DNA from: Raillietiella orientalis
Taxonomy: Eukaryota
NCBI GenBank assembly: GCA_036172245.1
Contig: JAYWIR010000026.1
Span: 186,001 to 250,000, forward strand
Length of the DNA stretch: 64,000 bases
Reading direction: 5' to 3'
The position numbers and the translations under genes are program-made. The notes under the pieces are model-generated. The model worked only from the letters and a program-made list of their open reading frames with translations. It had not been told where the DNA came from and searched no databases. Positions 24,743-38,989 of this stretch are shown in pieces; within the stretch, counting starts at the first letter, position 1; each line of letters opens with the position of its first letter.

Positions 24743-24954
24743 GAAGGAAGGAAGGAAAGCTATTTTTGTGCAACGCACAGAATCCCAATTAGCACGAACG
24801 ATCGTTAATTCAAAATTACATGTATATTTTTGTTACCATGAGCACTAAATTCAAATAATTTTTACGAGGCACTTTATGGATATCTTCTAAGATGCAGAAG
24901 CGTGATTTCTGCTGCGTTCGCTCCGCGCAGCTACTAAGGGGCATCACAAAGCCG

Positions 24955-24986
<32 letters not shown>

Positions 24987-25261
24987 TCTTTTTTTTGCTT
25001 TTTTTTCCTCCTCTAAGTACATCTAAAAGATGACGTGAACGAATCCTGATTAGGAAGGTGATAATAATACTGTTAGTAGCTGATAGTATTGCACTTCGCT
25101 TAATCGAGAAGACTCAAGTGCGGGCAGTTCATTTGGCACTTTGAATCACTGGGCAAACCGGCTGAAGAATTTTCCACTGGGCGTGTCCCTTCCCGAACGG
25201 GGAGAGAGAGGGGGAGAGAGGCGCATCCGAGGACCTGCGCGGGAGGCTGCCCGAGCGAGCA

Positions 25262-28200
25262 TCACTTGGGCAGTATGGAGAGGAGGATCTTCTTGGACTC
25301 GGGGTCGACTCTCAGAGGGAACCTTATGTTGAAGTCCACGATCAGATCGCCTTTCTTGCTCGGGTCTTTCGCCAGCGGCAGACCCTGGTTGGGGATTCTT
25401 CTTATGGTCGTCGGCGTTATCACACTGTCCGTGAAACTCAGAGGTATTTTCGCACTGCCAAGAAGAGTAGGGACTTCCAATCGGGTACCACAAAGTGCCT
25501 AGGGGAGGGGGGAAGGGTGAAAAAAAAAAGGGGGGGGGGGAAAAGAAGAAGAAGAAGAAGAAGAAGAAGAAGGAAAAAGTCGCATCAGACAAAATGACAT
25601 TCATCCAGAATGTTCGGAAGGTTTTCGAGTCACTCCGGAAGGCATCCTCAAGGGCTCCATGCCACAGCCGGAAGAGTACGCAGCCGCGCCGGAAGCGCTC
25701 ACGAATTCACCGGCCTTCCGGTTCACACGGATGGAACACGCAAACCTTTCCACCGCGAGCCGGCCAAAGGCAATACGTCTACGAACGAGGTCGGAGCGGA
25801 CTCGAAGACTTCCCAAACGCCTCGGAAGGCGAATTCTCGAAAACAAAACAAAAGAAATTCAAATTTGTTCGGAATGTGCATCCACAAATGAACCGCCTTT
25901 TTGCCTTTCTTCCTTTTTTGTTCATACATAAAAGTACATTCCGTTCCGTGTGGCTGGTGCGTTCGTATAGTACACGACCGCTTGACCTCCAGCAGCCAGC
26001 AGCAGCGAATATGCCTCTCCAGCGAGAGCCTTTCGCGTCACCACCCCATCTCCCCACTCGCTCCTAAACTGGTCCACCCCCCCACCCTCACCCCCCCGAG
26101 GTCTCCCCCGGGAGCACTGCCGCAAGCACGAACGTTTCAAGAAATGCGCACACGTAAGATGCGATGACCTCCGACCCAACCAAACTCGTACCCCCGGTGT
26201 ACCCGAAAAACCGCTGTTCGGTCGATCCACGGAGAAAAATAGGATGAGATCAAAGGAAATAAATGGAAACAAAATGAAAGCTGCCCCGAGGCGAGGCATC
26301 CCATTTAGCAAGCAGCCACGAAACAGTTTGCCCAGGCGACCGACTGACGAGGCGTAAGTGCAGTAAAGAGGTAGGCCGAGGGAGGCACAACAGCACGTAA
26401 TGCACGCACCACCAAGGAACTCTGTCCCTCTCTTAAACATAATGGGGCATATAATGGGACGCTCCCCTACGCTTTCTGAACGACACTGAACCGCGCACAC
26501 CGTGTTTCACCTTCAATCTCTGACGCTCCCGAGCAATGAATCATTCGTCGATCTCCAGACGGTGCCCACACGCACGCACTCGGCGCGACACGCGCTTTGC
26601 TCGCGAAACCTTTCCTCCGCCGAAACGGCCAATCCGGGACCAAAGATGCTGCTGCTGCTTCTTCGGCGGCGGCGGCAGCAACCGTCCTCTTCCCAAGAGC
26701 AAGCGCTTGCGCTAAACTCGATTCCGTGCCGGTAGCTGTCGGGAAAACCAATCCGTGCCACAACACACACAGAAACAGCAGTCTGATGGAGCGTGGGGAC
26801 CTTCCCCCCCCCCCCCTCCCCTTTATGACGGAACCCTGCCGCCCAATGCGCCTCACCGGCCGCCGAAACATTTCCGTGCTATCGACCTATCGAAACACGC
26901 GGAAGTTTCCAGAGGGAATTCTCGATCAGCTCTGGAGCAAACAACTCTCGAGGGCGCCTTCCACCCACTTCCCCCCATTCCTCTCTCGCCCTGCGCCCTG
27001 GCAGTTGTTCCTCCCTCTCGGTGGAAGCAAAACAAAAGTGGCGGCTGTGGTGGATGCTGCCGCCGCCTCCATCTTCTTCCTCGCGCTTTCCGCCAGCGTG
27101 CGAGAGAAAGAAGTTCCTGCCGTTCTTCGGCTGCCGGGAACCCCACCACCGGTGCGCTCACCGAAACCCTTGCATCCGACCCCCCCTCTGCCCCCAAACA
27201 CGAACGGCGTCCTCCCGCACGTGGGTCTCTCTTCTGCCTGCCGCGCTCCCTCCTGCTGCTGCTGCTGTCGGCTTCCCACGTGGCAAACGGTGATGTCAGG
27301 TATGACGCAGAGATGCACCTTCCTCGGTGGGCTCCCCCGATGGCCGTGCCCCCCGCGTGAAGCTGAACCTTTCGCAAGCGGCGACGGAATGTCTGATAGC
27401 GTCGAGCACCTCCGGCACACCGGATGAGCGCCAACTCCCCGCGGGCGCGGTTTCGCACGGACTCCAGGGTCAGGCGGGCAGCGCATAGGCGAGGGAAGCA
27501 CGGACTCGCCCGTTATCCCCGGAGTGCAGGGAAAGTCATCCCATCGCGTTCGCTCTGCGCGCGCTTCCCGAGCATTCCACCTCACCCCGGACGAAAATCC
27601 CATCGGCGCCAGGTTTCCCGGCAAATCATCCTTTCCTCGAGACCGCACCAACCGCGTTTTCACTTGCCCCAAAATACCGCTACAAACTCTTGCCAGGATT
27701 CCGCCAGGCATCCACCGCGTTGGAGGGAAAGACGAACTGCCGAGCCGCGGTACTGCTCCAGCATCCAATTACTGAACGCGCATGGAAGAGGGCACAAGCC
27801 CCGGGAACAGGAGCCACGAGACGAGGAGGCAGATCGCAGCGTTCGCAGCAGCAGCACGAACCTCTCTGGCCTTTCGGGTTTCCGGAGAGGGCCGACCAGC
27901 CCTCGAACGGAATCCCCAGCCCACCGCACGAACTTTGGGACCCGCCTCCAGCAGACGTTCGCCCGTGTCGCGCCAGCAGCGCCACCGGGCGCCGCCTCCA
28001 TCCGCGAGGCACACCGCGTCGGAAAACGATGCCCTTTTGCAAACCCTTTTCACCGCACCGCACGATGCGCATGACGGCAGCCCCTGGGCGGACCCGCGGT
28101 GGAGGCAAGCGCCCCCCCCCCCCCACTCGTGCACGGTCGCGCCGGAACCCTTGTCGGCCCACGTTTCCGCACCCCGGGGGGCCCCCGGGGTGCGGGTCTC

Positions 28201-29803
28201 CCGCGGGAGCCGCGGAGGGCGCGCTGGGGCCGGCCAACTCCCCCCGCGCCTGCGGGCCCAAAGGGGCGGGTAAAGCCGAAACTCTCCCTACAGGCCCATG
28301 CAGGCGCGCGGAGAAAAACGCTGCCGGTGGGGCTCTCTCGCATGCAGCATACCTCAAACACCTCGATTGACAGCACGTGAAATACACGAAAATGCACGGA
28401 TGCTAACCTGAAATAAGTTGCAAACCGAAAAAAGCACTTTGGGTTCTATATATAAACCATAACCCAGAAAAGTCATATCACGGTGGGGTATAAACATACC
28501 GGAACGAAAATACAGGAACATTACGATTGCGTTCATCCGCACCGTTTGGTTTGAAAAGATGATGGCAGGGGGAGGAAAAAACAAAACAAAACAAAACAAA
28601 ATTGCAATTTGTTGGCACGTCACGCTTTCCGATCGACATTACGAAAAAAATCATGCAGAAAACTTCTCAGCATGTGTGTGTGTTTTGTGGGGAAAAAAAA
28701 GGGGGGGGGGAGGAGAGCACAAACCTACAAACACTTTGGTCGGTATTTATAAACACTGCAAGCAATAGGCCAATAACTTTTGTGAATGGTTCTTAATAAA
28801 TAAATTGATCCTTTCACACAAGAAAACTTTCAACCTCCCAACACTACTGCTCTGTTCATTACTGATCCTTTCTGAAAACCGGAAGGGAACATTTTGCAAT
28901 GGAAGAACCGCCATAACAAACAAATTGACTTTTACCATTGTGCTTTCAAAAGTGCAATTTTTTTATCTGCATTCTGAAGAAAAGGAAAAACTCCTAAACC
29001 CGACTTACCTCTCTGAGGGAGATTTGAGCAGTATATCTAAGGTTAGCATCTTCCCTTTTGAAAAGTGGGTGTGGTTTGTCTCTGATTATGAAGACAATGT
29101 CAGCTGCAATCTTATTTGGTCCCTGATCTCCTTCCTTTTGAAAGGTGATTCGTGTTCCAGCTTTCCAGCCCGGTTTGATATGAATTGTCAGCACCTTGTC
29201 TTCTTTACGATAGGAATTTCCATCTGCTGTGGTGATCTTCTTGGAGATCTTCATCTTTTTTGTACACCCCCGAGCAATGTCTTCCAAGGTTACATAGATG
29301 TCATGTTCCACAGCAGGATCTTGTGATGTCTGCTTAGACCTCTGGCCCATATTGATGTTGAAGGAATGGGATCGGAATGGAGAACTTCCAGGTCTTCCCA
29401 GTCCAAAGGAAATAAAAGGATCATTCAAGTCATCATCACCAAAAAATCGCTTGTGAACTGAATTGCCAAGCCTAATGAAATCATCAAAATTGCTGAAAGG
29501 ATCACTGGTTCCAAAAAAATGAGCAAATGTGGCTCTGGGGTCCACATGAAAGCTGCTTTTGAAAGTAGAACCGGTGTTTCCAGACTTCAGTCCATCTTCT
29601 CCAAGGCGCGTGTAAATATCACGTTTGTTTTTGTCACTCAGAACTTCATAAGCTTCAGCAATTTCTTTGAAACATTCTTCTGCACCCAAGCTTTTGTTTT
29701 TATCAGGGTGGTACTTCAGTGCAAGTTTGCGATAAGCCTTCTTAATATCAATGTCTGTTGCATCTCGAGTGAGTCCCAGGATTTTATAGTAATCTTTTCC
29801 CAT
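25262..29803 (-). CDS. Class B Hsp40 co-chaperone (DNAJB1/4/5, Drosophila DnaJ-1-like), 343 aa; exons 29803-29009 and 25498-25262
   Basis: MGKDYY J-domain with HPD, G/F region ([13 protein letters not shown]), [35 protein letters not shown], then [31 protein letters not shown]. The intron is phase 0 GT-AG. A probable 5' UTR intron spans about 29864-30371. Confidence 0.95.
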
Positions 29804-29931
29804 TTTGAAAGAGCAATTAATGCTGCTGCTAGTGCATCACCATTTTCCATAAGGCACAAGCAACTGAAAATATCCATACTCCCCCATAATACATCTGAAT
29901 ACATCTATGGATGAATGCATATTGATTCATG

Positions 29932-29967
<36 letters not shown>

Positions 29968-32289
29968 AAGAATATCTGTTCCAAGAATACTACTTCATGA
30001 TATCTAGTTCACTTTTCATGCTAAAAACTATAGAAACTATTATCTAATGTTTCCTAAAAAATAAAACACAAATCATCAGACTTCATTTTTCAAAAGCAAG
30101 CCATCATCCAAACACAACACTGAATGCATGCTAATGTAGTGCACTCAATTCAATGTCGAACAATGAACAGAAAGGAAAAAACAAAATAAGAAAGAAAAAA
30201 AAATCGGGCACTGAATTTTACGGTGAAAGAAGGGTCTGCAGCTCAAGCAGCATCGACCTTTTCAATTACATCACCATCCTATTTTCGCAAAATGCACCAT
30301 CATTCACCCACAACTGACACAAACGTACATGGAAAATTTTTCTTTCCTCGTTATCTCCTACCTTGACTTACATGATTTCGTAATTTCGTTTTTCCCCGTG
30401 CCGCGAAGTCCCGGGCAACTTTTCAACATGAAACCTGAAAATTGAACTTTTGCAGGAGGTTTTCCGATTCCGGGGACTCGGTTTTCGTGCCGTTCAGACC
30501 CATCACTCAGGTACTCACGATTTTGTGGGCACAGCACGAAGAGCTCGCAGAAGTTCCCACGTTTTCCTCTCATCACACCCAGGCCGTGGGTGGCTGCTTG
30601 GCTTTTCCAGCAGTTTGACTTTGGAATCGACTCGCAAAGTGTGTATTGTGTTTGCGGCCCCTGCAAATCTGCACGGCTCCTAGGCCTGCTCGCGAATTCC
30701 AGAGGTGCTGGCATTAGAAAAAAAAAAAAAAAAAGGAAAAAAAAAGGGAAGAAAAAAAAAAAAAAGGAGGCTCGAACCCCTTTGCACATTCGAAGGTTTG
30801 CTTTTCGATGGGAGGCGACGCCCCCCCCCCCCCCCCCCGAGAAAAATGGGACGACTCGTCTTCGAACGCTGCATGTTTCATTCGAAATTCGAATCCCCCA
30901 TTCCGCCAGCACGAGAGAACCCTCCCCCGGGCTTTATCTTGCACGTTCATTTCCCTTGGAAAGTTCACGTACATCGGGAACTGCCTCGGTTTGCTGCAAG
31001 AGGAGCGACCGACGTGCACAAATCATACGTCCGCAGAGTAAGCCGGCGTTGAATATTTGCGGTTGCGTAATATTCACAAATTAATATTGCGTGCGTAACT
31101 CGGATGTACTGGCAACCCGACTTCCGCGCATTCCTGTGCCCTGCCTCCGTGAAGCGGACGTCCACTTTCGAGCAGCAGTGTACAGAGTCGTATGTACCGT
31201 CGCATCACCTGAGAATGTGCGTTCGAGTCCGTGTTTGATGTAATCCATCGGTGTGTGTTTTTCTTTTTTTCTTCTTCTTCTTTCTTTTAAAGAAAAAATT
31301 GTGTTTCTGGAATCGAAAAGCACGTGATGTGTTTTGCAGCCTGACAACTCCAAGGACCGAATCCCAAATCGAATCTAATTTTTCTGGTCTGAGGAAAACC
31401 TTTAAAAAGGATGTGACGTCGGACGCCAAGGGGGAGCAGAATGCGAAGTTCCCCGTGGGTAACGGAGAGTAAAGCGAGGATCCCAAAAGTCAGGCCCCCC
31501 TTTTCCTCCGTCTCATCAAAGACGTCAGGATGCATGGCAGCAGCGGGAACTACCGGTTGCCTAAAGCAACGGTTTCCGTGATCGGACACTTTGACCTGAC
31601 GGCTTCCGAGTGAACATTCTGACAGCTCTGCAGCATTGGCAAACTGCGAAATGGATGGAGCCCGCGTCTCCCAATCAATCCCAGCTAAATCATCGTCTGC
31701 TTCGGTCCTTACCAACGTCCGGGAATGCTGGCTCCGACCAGCGTCTCGTCCGAACCCTCGAGCTTTCGGTTGCGAGCCGAGAAAAGAGCCACTTCGGTGT
31801 GGTGGTGGAGACGAACACAAACGAGAGGATAAGTGATCAGGAACACTCACGCGCGTCTCTCACAAGTTCACATACGTCCGAGGCCACGCCGGAATCAAGT
31901 TACATAAATGCGAGCGCAAGAGTCTTATTCATCGAAACTTCGCACGTCCGCTGCTCCGATACAAACGTGTAATACGTGCGGAGACGAAAATTATTTTCCC
32001 AAAAAGGGATGAAGAAAAAGAGTTGGGCGATGAAAGTAACGTCAGCCCTAAAAGGGCCTCCTATCATTTGATTTGCACACAGTGCTCCGCTCTCGTGCAC
32101 TTGTCGAAAAATAACGCTTTCACTTCAGATGCATGGAAGGAGGCTGTTTCATGGTGCCGCACGAAGACATGGTGCCAGAGAGGATTCACCATGCATCCTT
32201 GAAAGCAAGGAAAGATGCAAGCGGATCAAGAAAAGCAGGCGTCCGTGATCGATGGAGTTGAGAAGAGCAGCGAGAGACTCCGTTGCGGA

Positions 32290-33828
32290 ATGACTCACGT
32301 GAGGCAAAAAAGTGAACCCGAAGGGATGGAAAGGCACTTGAAGGAGGCATAAGTGGGAAAAGACACTGGAAGGGAGGAATGTATTTCCCGGGTGGCTGAA
32401 GGTTGGAGCAGTAGGTTGTTGGTTAGTGGAGCAAGAACAAAACCGGCGTCCTTGGAATCGGCATCCACTTACTGGATGAGAGCATAGTTCGGGATCACTG
32501 ATAAGGAAGCATTTGATTTTCTGCTGCATTCCTGAAGACATAAGAGGCCAAGGATTGTGAAGATTGCGATTTTCACGATCGGGAAAAATAATGGGCGTAG
32601 GGGATGGAATCAGCACGTTTTTCAGACACTCGTTGGCTTCCAAGGGTTTGCTCGATGGGTCGGCAGCGTAACTGATGCGTTCGGAAGACACATCAGAGGA
32701 CCAATCGCTTCCACCGATGGGGTCTGTCGAAATCTGTGGCCCTCCGTACGCAAAAATGGCAAAACTCAAGTTCTCGAGTGCGATGCTGTGATGGGACGGG
32801 GGGCGTGGGAACCGCTCCGGAGAGGAACAGACCTGAAAGAGAGCACACCAGGACAGCCCTTTCTCCCAAAATACGTTCCTGCAATTTTAAGGGTCTAATC
32901 GGGGCAAAGGGCTACTCGCAGGTTTCGGGCGGATTCTTCGCCCGAAATTCTCATTTTTCTTGATGGCGTACAGCGTAAAGGGGCTTTTCTGCTGCGAAAA
33001 AAAATTGCGTGCTTGGAAAAGGTGGCTACATTCGAAGACGTAGGCGATTCCAGTTTCCTCCGGGTTACCTGGCAACTGTTTCACGCCTAAGAAGGGTTTG
33101 AAAATGCGCTTCTATCATTCTGCAGCCACAATCGCAGCTTTCGGTAAGGTGACGGCAATTTTTTGTTCCCCTTAGAATCAGCGTCACTTGGGGGATGCGA
33201 TGCTGCACCAGCGGTCGGCGGAGATGTGTCGTTGATGATGTCATTTCGTTCTTCTGGCTTGCTCGCTTTTCCTGTTTTCTGCTTCCAGGCCGAGGACGGA
33301 TGGCACCGACGCATAGTCTTTCTGCCTCTGCCTTGCAGGTTATCCCGGTGAGTGGAGACGAAATTTTCATTTGGAAAGGAGGTTTGCAAGCAGAGGATGA
33401 GAATTGCCGACGTGAAGAAGAAGAGAGAGGAGAGGGGACACTGAAGAGAGAAAATTCCCCCCAATAAGAGGATTTTCCTTCCCGAAGGCTGCTCTTTTCG
33501 TTGCCTCCGTTTTCTCCTACATTCTGGATCCATCGCAGGTGAGCTTTTGCTTCTGCAGCCGCTGCAGGAGTCTTGACCCGTGCCCAAGCCCGGAATGCGA
33601 ATCCATGTCCCGTGGAAGAGGAATCGTCCTAATCAATGATCCATATTGCCCACCTTTTGAACACCAATGTGACAGTGGGATTTCCATACTGGGGGACCTA
33701 TTTAGGTTGATCTCGGTTTTTGACGCAGAATCAGCCTTGCATGAGACAACCTCAGTTAATCCACAAACGTGACGGTCCTTTCTGATGCCTTGCCTAACAT
33801 TCTGCATATTCCAACTGAGAGCTCGCAC
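32290..33828 (-). mobile_element. Degenerate APE endonuclease region of a LINE ORF2, split by intervening sequence
   Basis: MRALSWNMQNV..GLTE (33828-33750), then AIFAYGGP..IGGSDW and KIKCFLIS (32769-32500), resembling the SWNV, LQE, IYAP, GDFN and RID.FL motifs. Confidence 0.5.
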
Positions 33829-34956
33829 GTTTAAAAATCAATACATGCAATGCAAATAGGTCGCTATTTTTTTTTTTTGTTGGAAAAAAAAAAAAAAAAT
33901 CCTACAAATTCAAAAATCGGAAACAAACAGCTTGGCAGTCCACTGCAAGCCGTCTTTAGAAGAGGAGGGATGCGAAAATTCCCGAAACCTCGTGTTTTTT
34001 ATTGGAGACACCAACTGTGGCAAAGAGAGAGAGAGAGAGAGAAAAGGGAATGCAGTTTGTTTTATTTCCTCCGAGCTCCATGAGTCCCGCAACGAACCTG
34101 CAAAGCAGTTCGTGTCAATGGTAAGGTGCAAAGATTTATGAAGGCGGAAAAAGCAAGAATCCTGGAAAAGGGAGATGCGCGGAATATTTAAGGCCCACTT
34201 CCCATATTGATCCCTTTTTATTGAGGGGAGGAAACCTTAGGTCCCCTCCCGGTCTCTTTCGCGTTCCTGCCAGATTGCGTGGGCGGCGTGGGCCGGGAGC
34301 TCGCTTTCGTTTCGCAGTCGCGAACCACGGAAGCCCCGTCGGGCGCTCCCTTCGAAGCTGCCCCTGGCGAACAGGGAAAACGCTCGCACGCGCACGCACG
34401 CACGGGTTGACCACGAAAGTCGCGGGATCGAGGCGGTCAAGAACCGTCTTGAGCCACGTGAGTCGTGCATTTCAGGCATGCGCGGGGAAAACGAAGGCGG
34501 CGGCGGCCGCAGTGATGGCCTTCATCCGTAAGGATCTGCAAGGATTGCCAAATCGTATTCCTGCAAAGGTGAAAAAAAAAATAATAATAATAAAACAATC
34601 AAAAAAAGGAAAAAAAGAAATTCCAAGGAGAAAAATCAAGGGCTTTCGGTGGAGATCAAGTCGACACCTTGCCACGGTAGCCACTCCGATTGCTGCACTC
34701 ATACCCTATCGTTTTTTTTTCTTTTCTAAAAGTGGCTGACAGAATTTCGTCCTGGGAATTCGGCCTGTGCTTTCACATCCCATTCAACCGCCAGCCTTTC
34801 ACGAATGGGACAGCAAGGATGGCGTATAGGGTGTACACGATGCAGAGGCTGCACTTCCTATCTGGCCTTCGCTCCCGTTGTTAGGTGAGAACTCGCGAAT
34901 CGGACTTTGATTACTCTCTTCGTCTCTAAGCGACCGCGTGTCTGCTGATACCACGC

Positions 34957-35300
34957 GTGTCTGCAAGATGGGGGAAGATTACACTTTCCGCGCCCTCCCA
35001 TCGCGTGGCCTATGCAGATGATGGTCCTGACTGCATGCTGGAACACACACACACACACACACAAATGGGCAAGAGTGTGAAGCCTGCGGCCCGAATGGGC
35101 AGCTTTTCTTGTCTTCGATGGGGGAGCATTCCATCTTCGATGGGTTCTCGGCTCACAAAGAGCTTGCTGGGACTACGAAACGGGGCGTGCCTTCAGGTCT
35201 TTGCCAGGGGAAATTTCACGGCACTCGCGTCCTACGTGCTCCGAAACACAGATGCAGCTTCCTTGGAGGATTGGTTTCCATGGGCGCCCTTTCGCAGCAG
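34957..35300 (+). mobile_element. LINE RT catalytic-motif fragment
   Basis: HRVAYADD (YADD) at about 35000-35022, interrupted by a (CA)n tract. Confidence 0.45.
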
Positions 35301-36239
35301 CCTTTTCCTGAGCTCACCGATCGCACGTTCGGTTCATCCCTGTGTTTTTTATTTTCACTGAATTTCTCTCCGCCCGGTGTACGAAAGACGTGAACCTCGC
35401 TTGGGACGTTTGTTTTCGTCACCCTGTACATCTGCACGTGCTTGCGTCTCAGTTCGTCGAGTTCCCATGGAGATCGGAAGTCTTCGGGGATAGGCCGACG
35501 AAGACCGCAGTCAGTCGGGGACCTACTCTTCCTCTCTCCTGGAACACTGCTGGTGTGCATCTCCCACGCCGTCACGCTGGTGTTACTTAGTGTTTCGAGC
35601 TGTCGCTAGAAAATTCCGAGGCACGAGTCTTACGGATGGCAGTTTTTCCTTCTATCGAATCCCCGAGCTCGCACAGCTCGCCCGGGTCGGCTTCTCGTAG
35701 CAACGTGGGGGGGAAGGGGGGAGGGGGACAATTCGCGCCCGTTTCAGTGGCATTTTCGTTTTGGAGAGTTATTCGAGAGACAACGAGGAAAATGGCGAAT
35801 CTATCGCGACGTGGGACTGTTTTCCTTTGCATTTTTTTGGCACCGTTCGGAAAATGGAGCCCATCTTGCTTCCGTGATCTCGGCATAATCGATACAGCGT
35901 GCTTAAGTGCTGTTTGGCTCAAAATTCCGAATGTCGAAATCTCGGAAGACTACAAAAAGTGAATATATGTGTGCGTGTGCTTATTACGCGTGTTGCGCAA
36001 TTGCCCATCGTCCACTCCTAATCCATTTCCAACGTGCACTGCAGCGGTGCAGCGGTGCACACATACGGGCGAAGCTCCTTTTTTCGCGGCCATTACAGTC
36101 CGTGCAAGGGATGCCACAACGCTTGCCCTTTCCTATGCCAAACTTTCCTTCCTCTTTTTTCTCATTTGTTTGCCTTTTCTGTTTTCTTCCACGATTTTAC
36201 GTTATCACCGTTATTTGTTTATTTTGTAATCCCATATTT

Positions 36240-38954
36240 ATATGTTTAATTAACACGTGTTAATTATATGTAGATTAACTATAAATGAGACTATATACCT
36301 ATTATAACTTTACCATATATATACTAATAATATATGGATACACAGCATTAACTGTATCAATAATATATGTTAATAAATGCGTATTTATATATTTAGGCAT
36401 TTACATTTACGTATTCATTTAATATATATTAATCACATATATCAATATACATAATAAGCACACACACACATATATTTATAATCTTCAATATGTACACTAA
36501 TAATATATTGATACATGCTATCAATTCTATCAATGATATATATGTCAGTGAATATGTATGCTTAAATAAGTTTGTACAGTAAGCCACATCTATTAGCATA
36601 CATATTGATATGAATTATAAGCGCATACTTTTATTTTATATAATCTTTAATGTACATATTAATGGCACAGTATAATTAACGTGTGGATTGTATTAATGGA
36701 ATGAACATTTATGTTTACAAATATCACTGAATATGTAGGTTAGGATAAATTTGTATATCAATCTACATACAAAGATATACTTTAATGTGCATAGCAGGCA
36801 CATTCAAATATTTATTTTTATCATATTTATAAAACATATATCATACTATATGATGAGCGCGTATGTTTATTTTTTACGGCATTTGGATGGTCGGAGGCCT
36901 CGGTGGGCTCGGCGTGCTTTGGTGTTCGGTGGGCCACCCTGCAGCTAGGAGAGGAAGGCGACTTTTCGTGATGCTTGTCGTGATGGTTGGATCCGCTTGC
37001 CCCTCCCCCTTCCCCCCCGCGAGGACTGGGTCTCTTCGGTCGCTGAAATTTCGATGCCCCCAGGGGCGGCAGGGGTCTGCTCGCCCTCCAGGCGCATCCG
37101 TCTCACCCACTCGTCGCGTTCGTGGGAGCTTCGACACCGTGGCATACGATCAGAGTTGAGAGACGGCTGCAGCCCTCTCTTTGCTCGAGGGGGAGTCACG
37201 GAGTGTATGCGTCTGCGGAGGCTGCGAGCGGCATTTCGTGCCTCCTTGGTCAATTCCCTTTTATCTCCAAGGCCATGAGTACGGTCGGCAAAAATTCCAG
37301 GTGCGCGGTGCCTTTCGGGCTCTGCGTCCGTCCTCGTTGGTGGACGCTGCCGTACTGCGTGCGCGGCGTCGACCTTTCAAACCAAGCGGCTGACCTCCAA
37401 CCTCCCGGGGCAACTTCGTCCTCCCTCCATAATCTCGCAAGCAGTGGGAAGAATCCCACGGTTTCTGCAAGTGACTCCTGATGAAAGTTCCGAGCCACCA
37501 TCCTGGTCTCCGACGAAATTCGGGAGGGGGGCAACCGAAAACGGGCGTCTCGAAAACTTGCCCGGAACTTCGAGGGGCCGGGGCAAAATCCCGGAAGAGC
37601 GTTCGGCTCTACCATGACACGAATATGGTCACCGCCTAGGGGCGTCAGGCCGCTAGGGGCGCCAAATTACAGGATGAAAAATCGATAACAATTAACTGTT
37701 GTAATTTATAAGGATAAATGTACAATAAATTGAGAGTACAGCACCAGAAACTAACTTTGAAAAAACACTGTGGAAATATTTTTCGTCTTTCTCATACATG
37801 GGGTGCCAAATTTTCTTTTGCTTAGGGGCGCTCGCGCGAAAGCCCTGTATATATTTAATTATACACATTAATATATATATAATTATATATTAATACAGCA
37901 CATATTGATATATTCCTAATGATATATATATATTAATACAGAATGTATTAATGTACATCCATATTTGTATATATCTATGTATATATATGTATCTAGATAT
38001 GTTTACATCTATATCTATATGTTTATATCTATATATACATTTATATATATATCTATGTTCTTATTTATGAATCGATATATACTTATATTATACCCAAATA
38101 TACATTATATATTAGTACAGAAATTTCGCTTTGCATAAGTTCCACTAATATTTATTAACACACATTTCATTGATATGCTTGATAAGGTACATGTATGCAT
38201 ATTAATATATATATATGTTCCAGATTACAAATATGTGGGTATTATATGTATTAACATATGCAATGTATGTATATTAAGTAAATATGTAAAGATCCAATGA
38301 AAAACACCCATATATATATCTCGAAAGATCAAACGGTACACAACCGAACACGTAATTTGCCATTTCCTGAGGAATTTTCATTCACTGAGTAAAATGCAAA
38401 GTTCCCTTTTCGTTTTTTTCAATTCGTTTTTTATTTTCTTCCAACATTTTTAGCAGTCACTATTGCTTTTTTTATAATTCGATATTTAGATATTCATGTA
38501 ATACATATATATTATAAAAGTGGTTATATGTGTGTGTATATATATATATATATAACCACTTTTATAAGCTTTGATGTATATGAATAATATACATTAAAGA
38601 TTACTAATTATATCAAAAATATGTATATTAATAAATATTAATGAATTTGTATGGCAGTTCATATACGAATATATATATATATGTATATGTATATATTAAA
38701 AATATACATAATAAGCGTACATGTTTATTTTTTATAATCTTTAATATATACATTAATATATATTGTTACGTATAACAATAAGATGCATTCGAATAGATAT
38801 TAATAAGTGTGTACGTGAAAATAAAGCAATCATTTAGTAACATCAAAAACATGCATGTTGATACATATTAATAATATATGTGTTAATTAGTATCAATAAA
38901 TATATGTATGTTAAAATAAATTTGCACATGAATCTATATCTATATCTATATCTA

Positions 38955-38989
<35 letters not shown>

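Noticed and set aside
25495..28400. Many 190-280 aa ORFs on both strands in the DnaJ intron
   Set aside because: Low-complexity Arg/Pro/Ala/Gly composition, open in several frames at once, with no domain motifs or consistent splice pattern.
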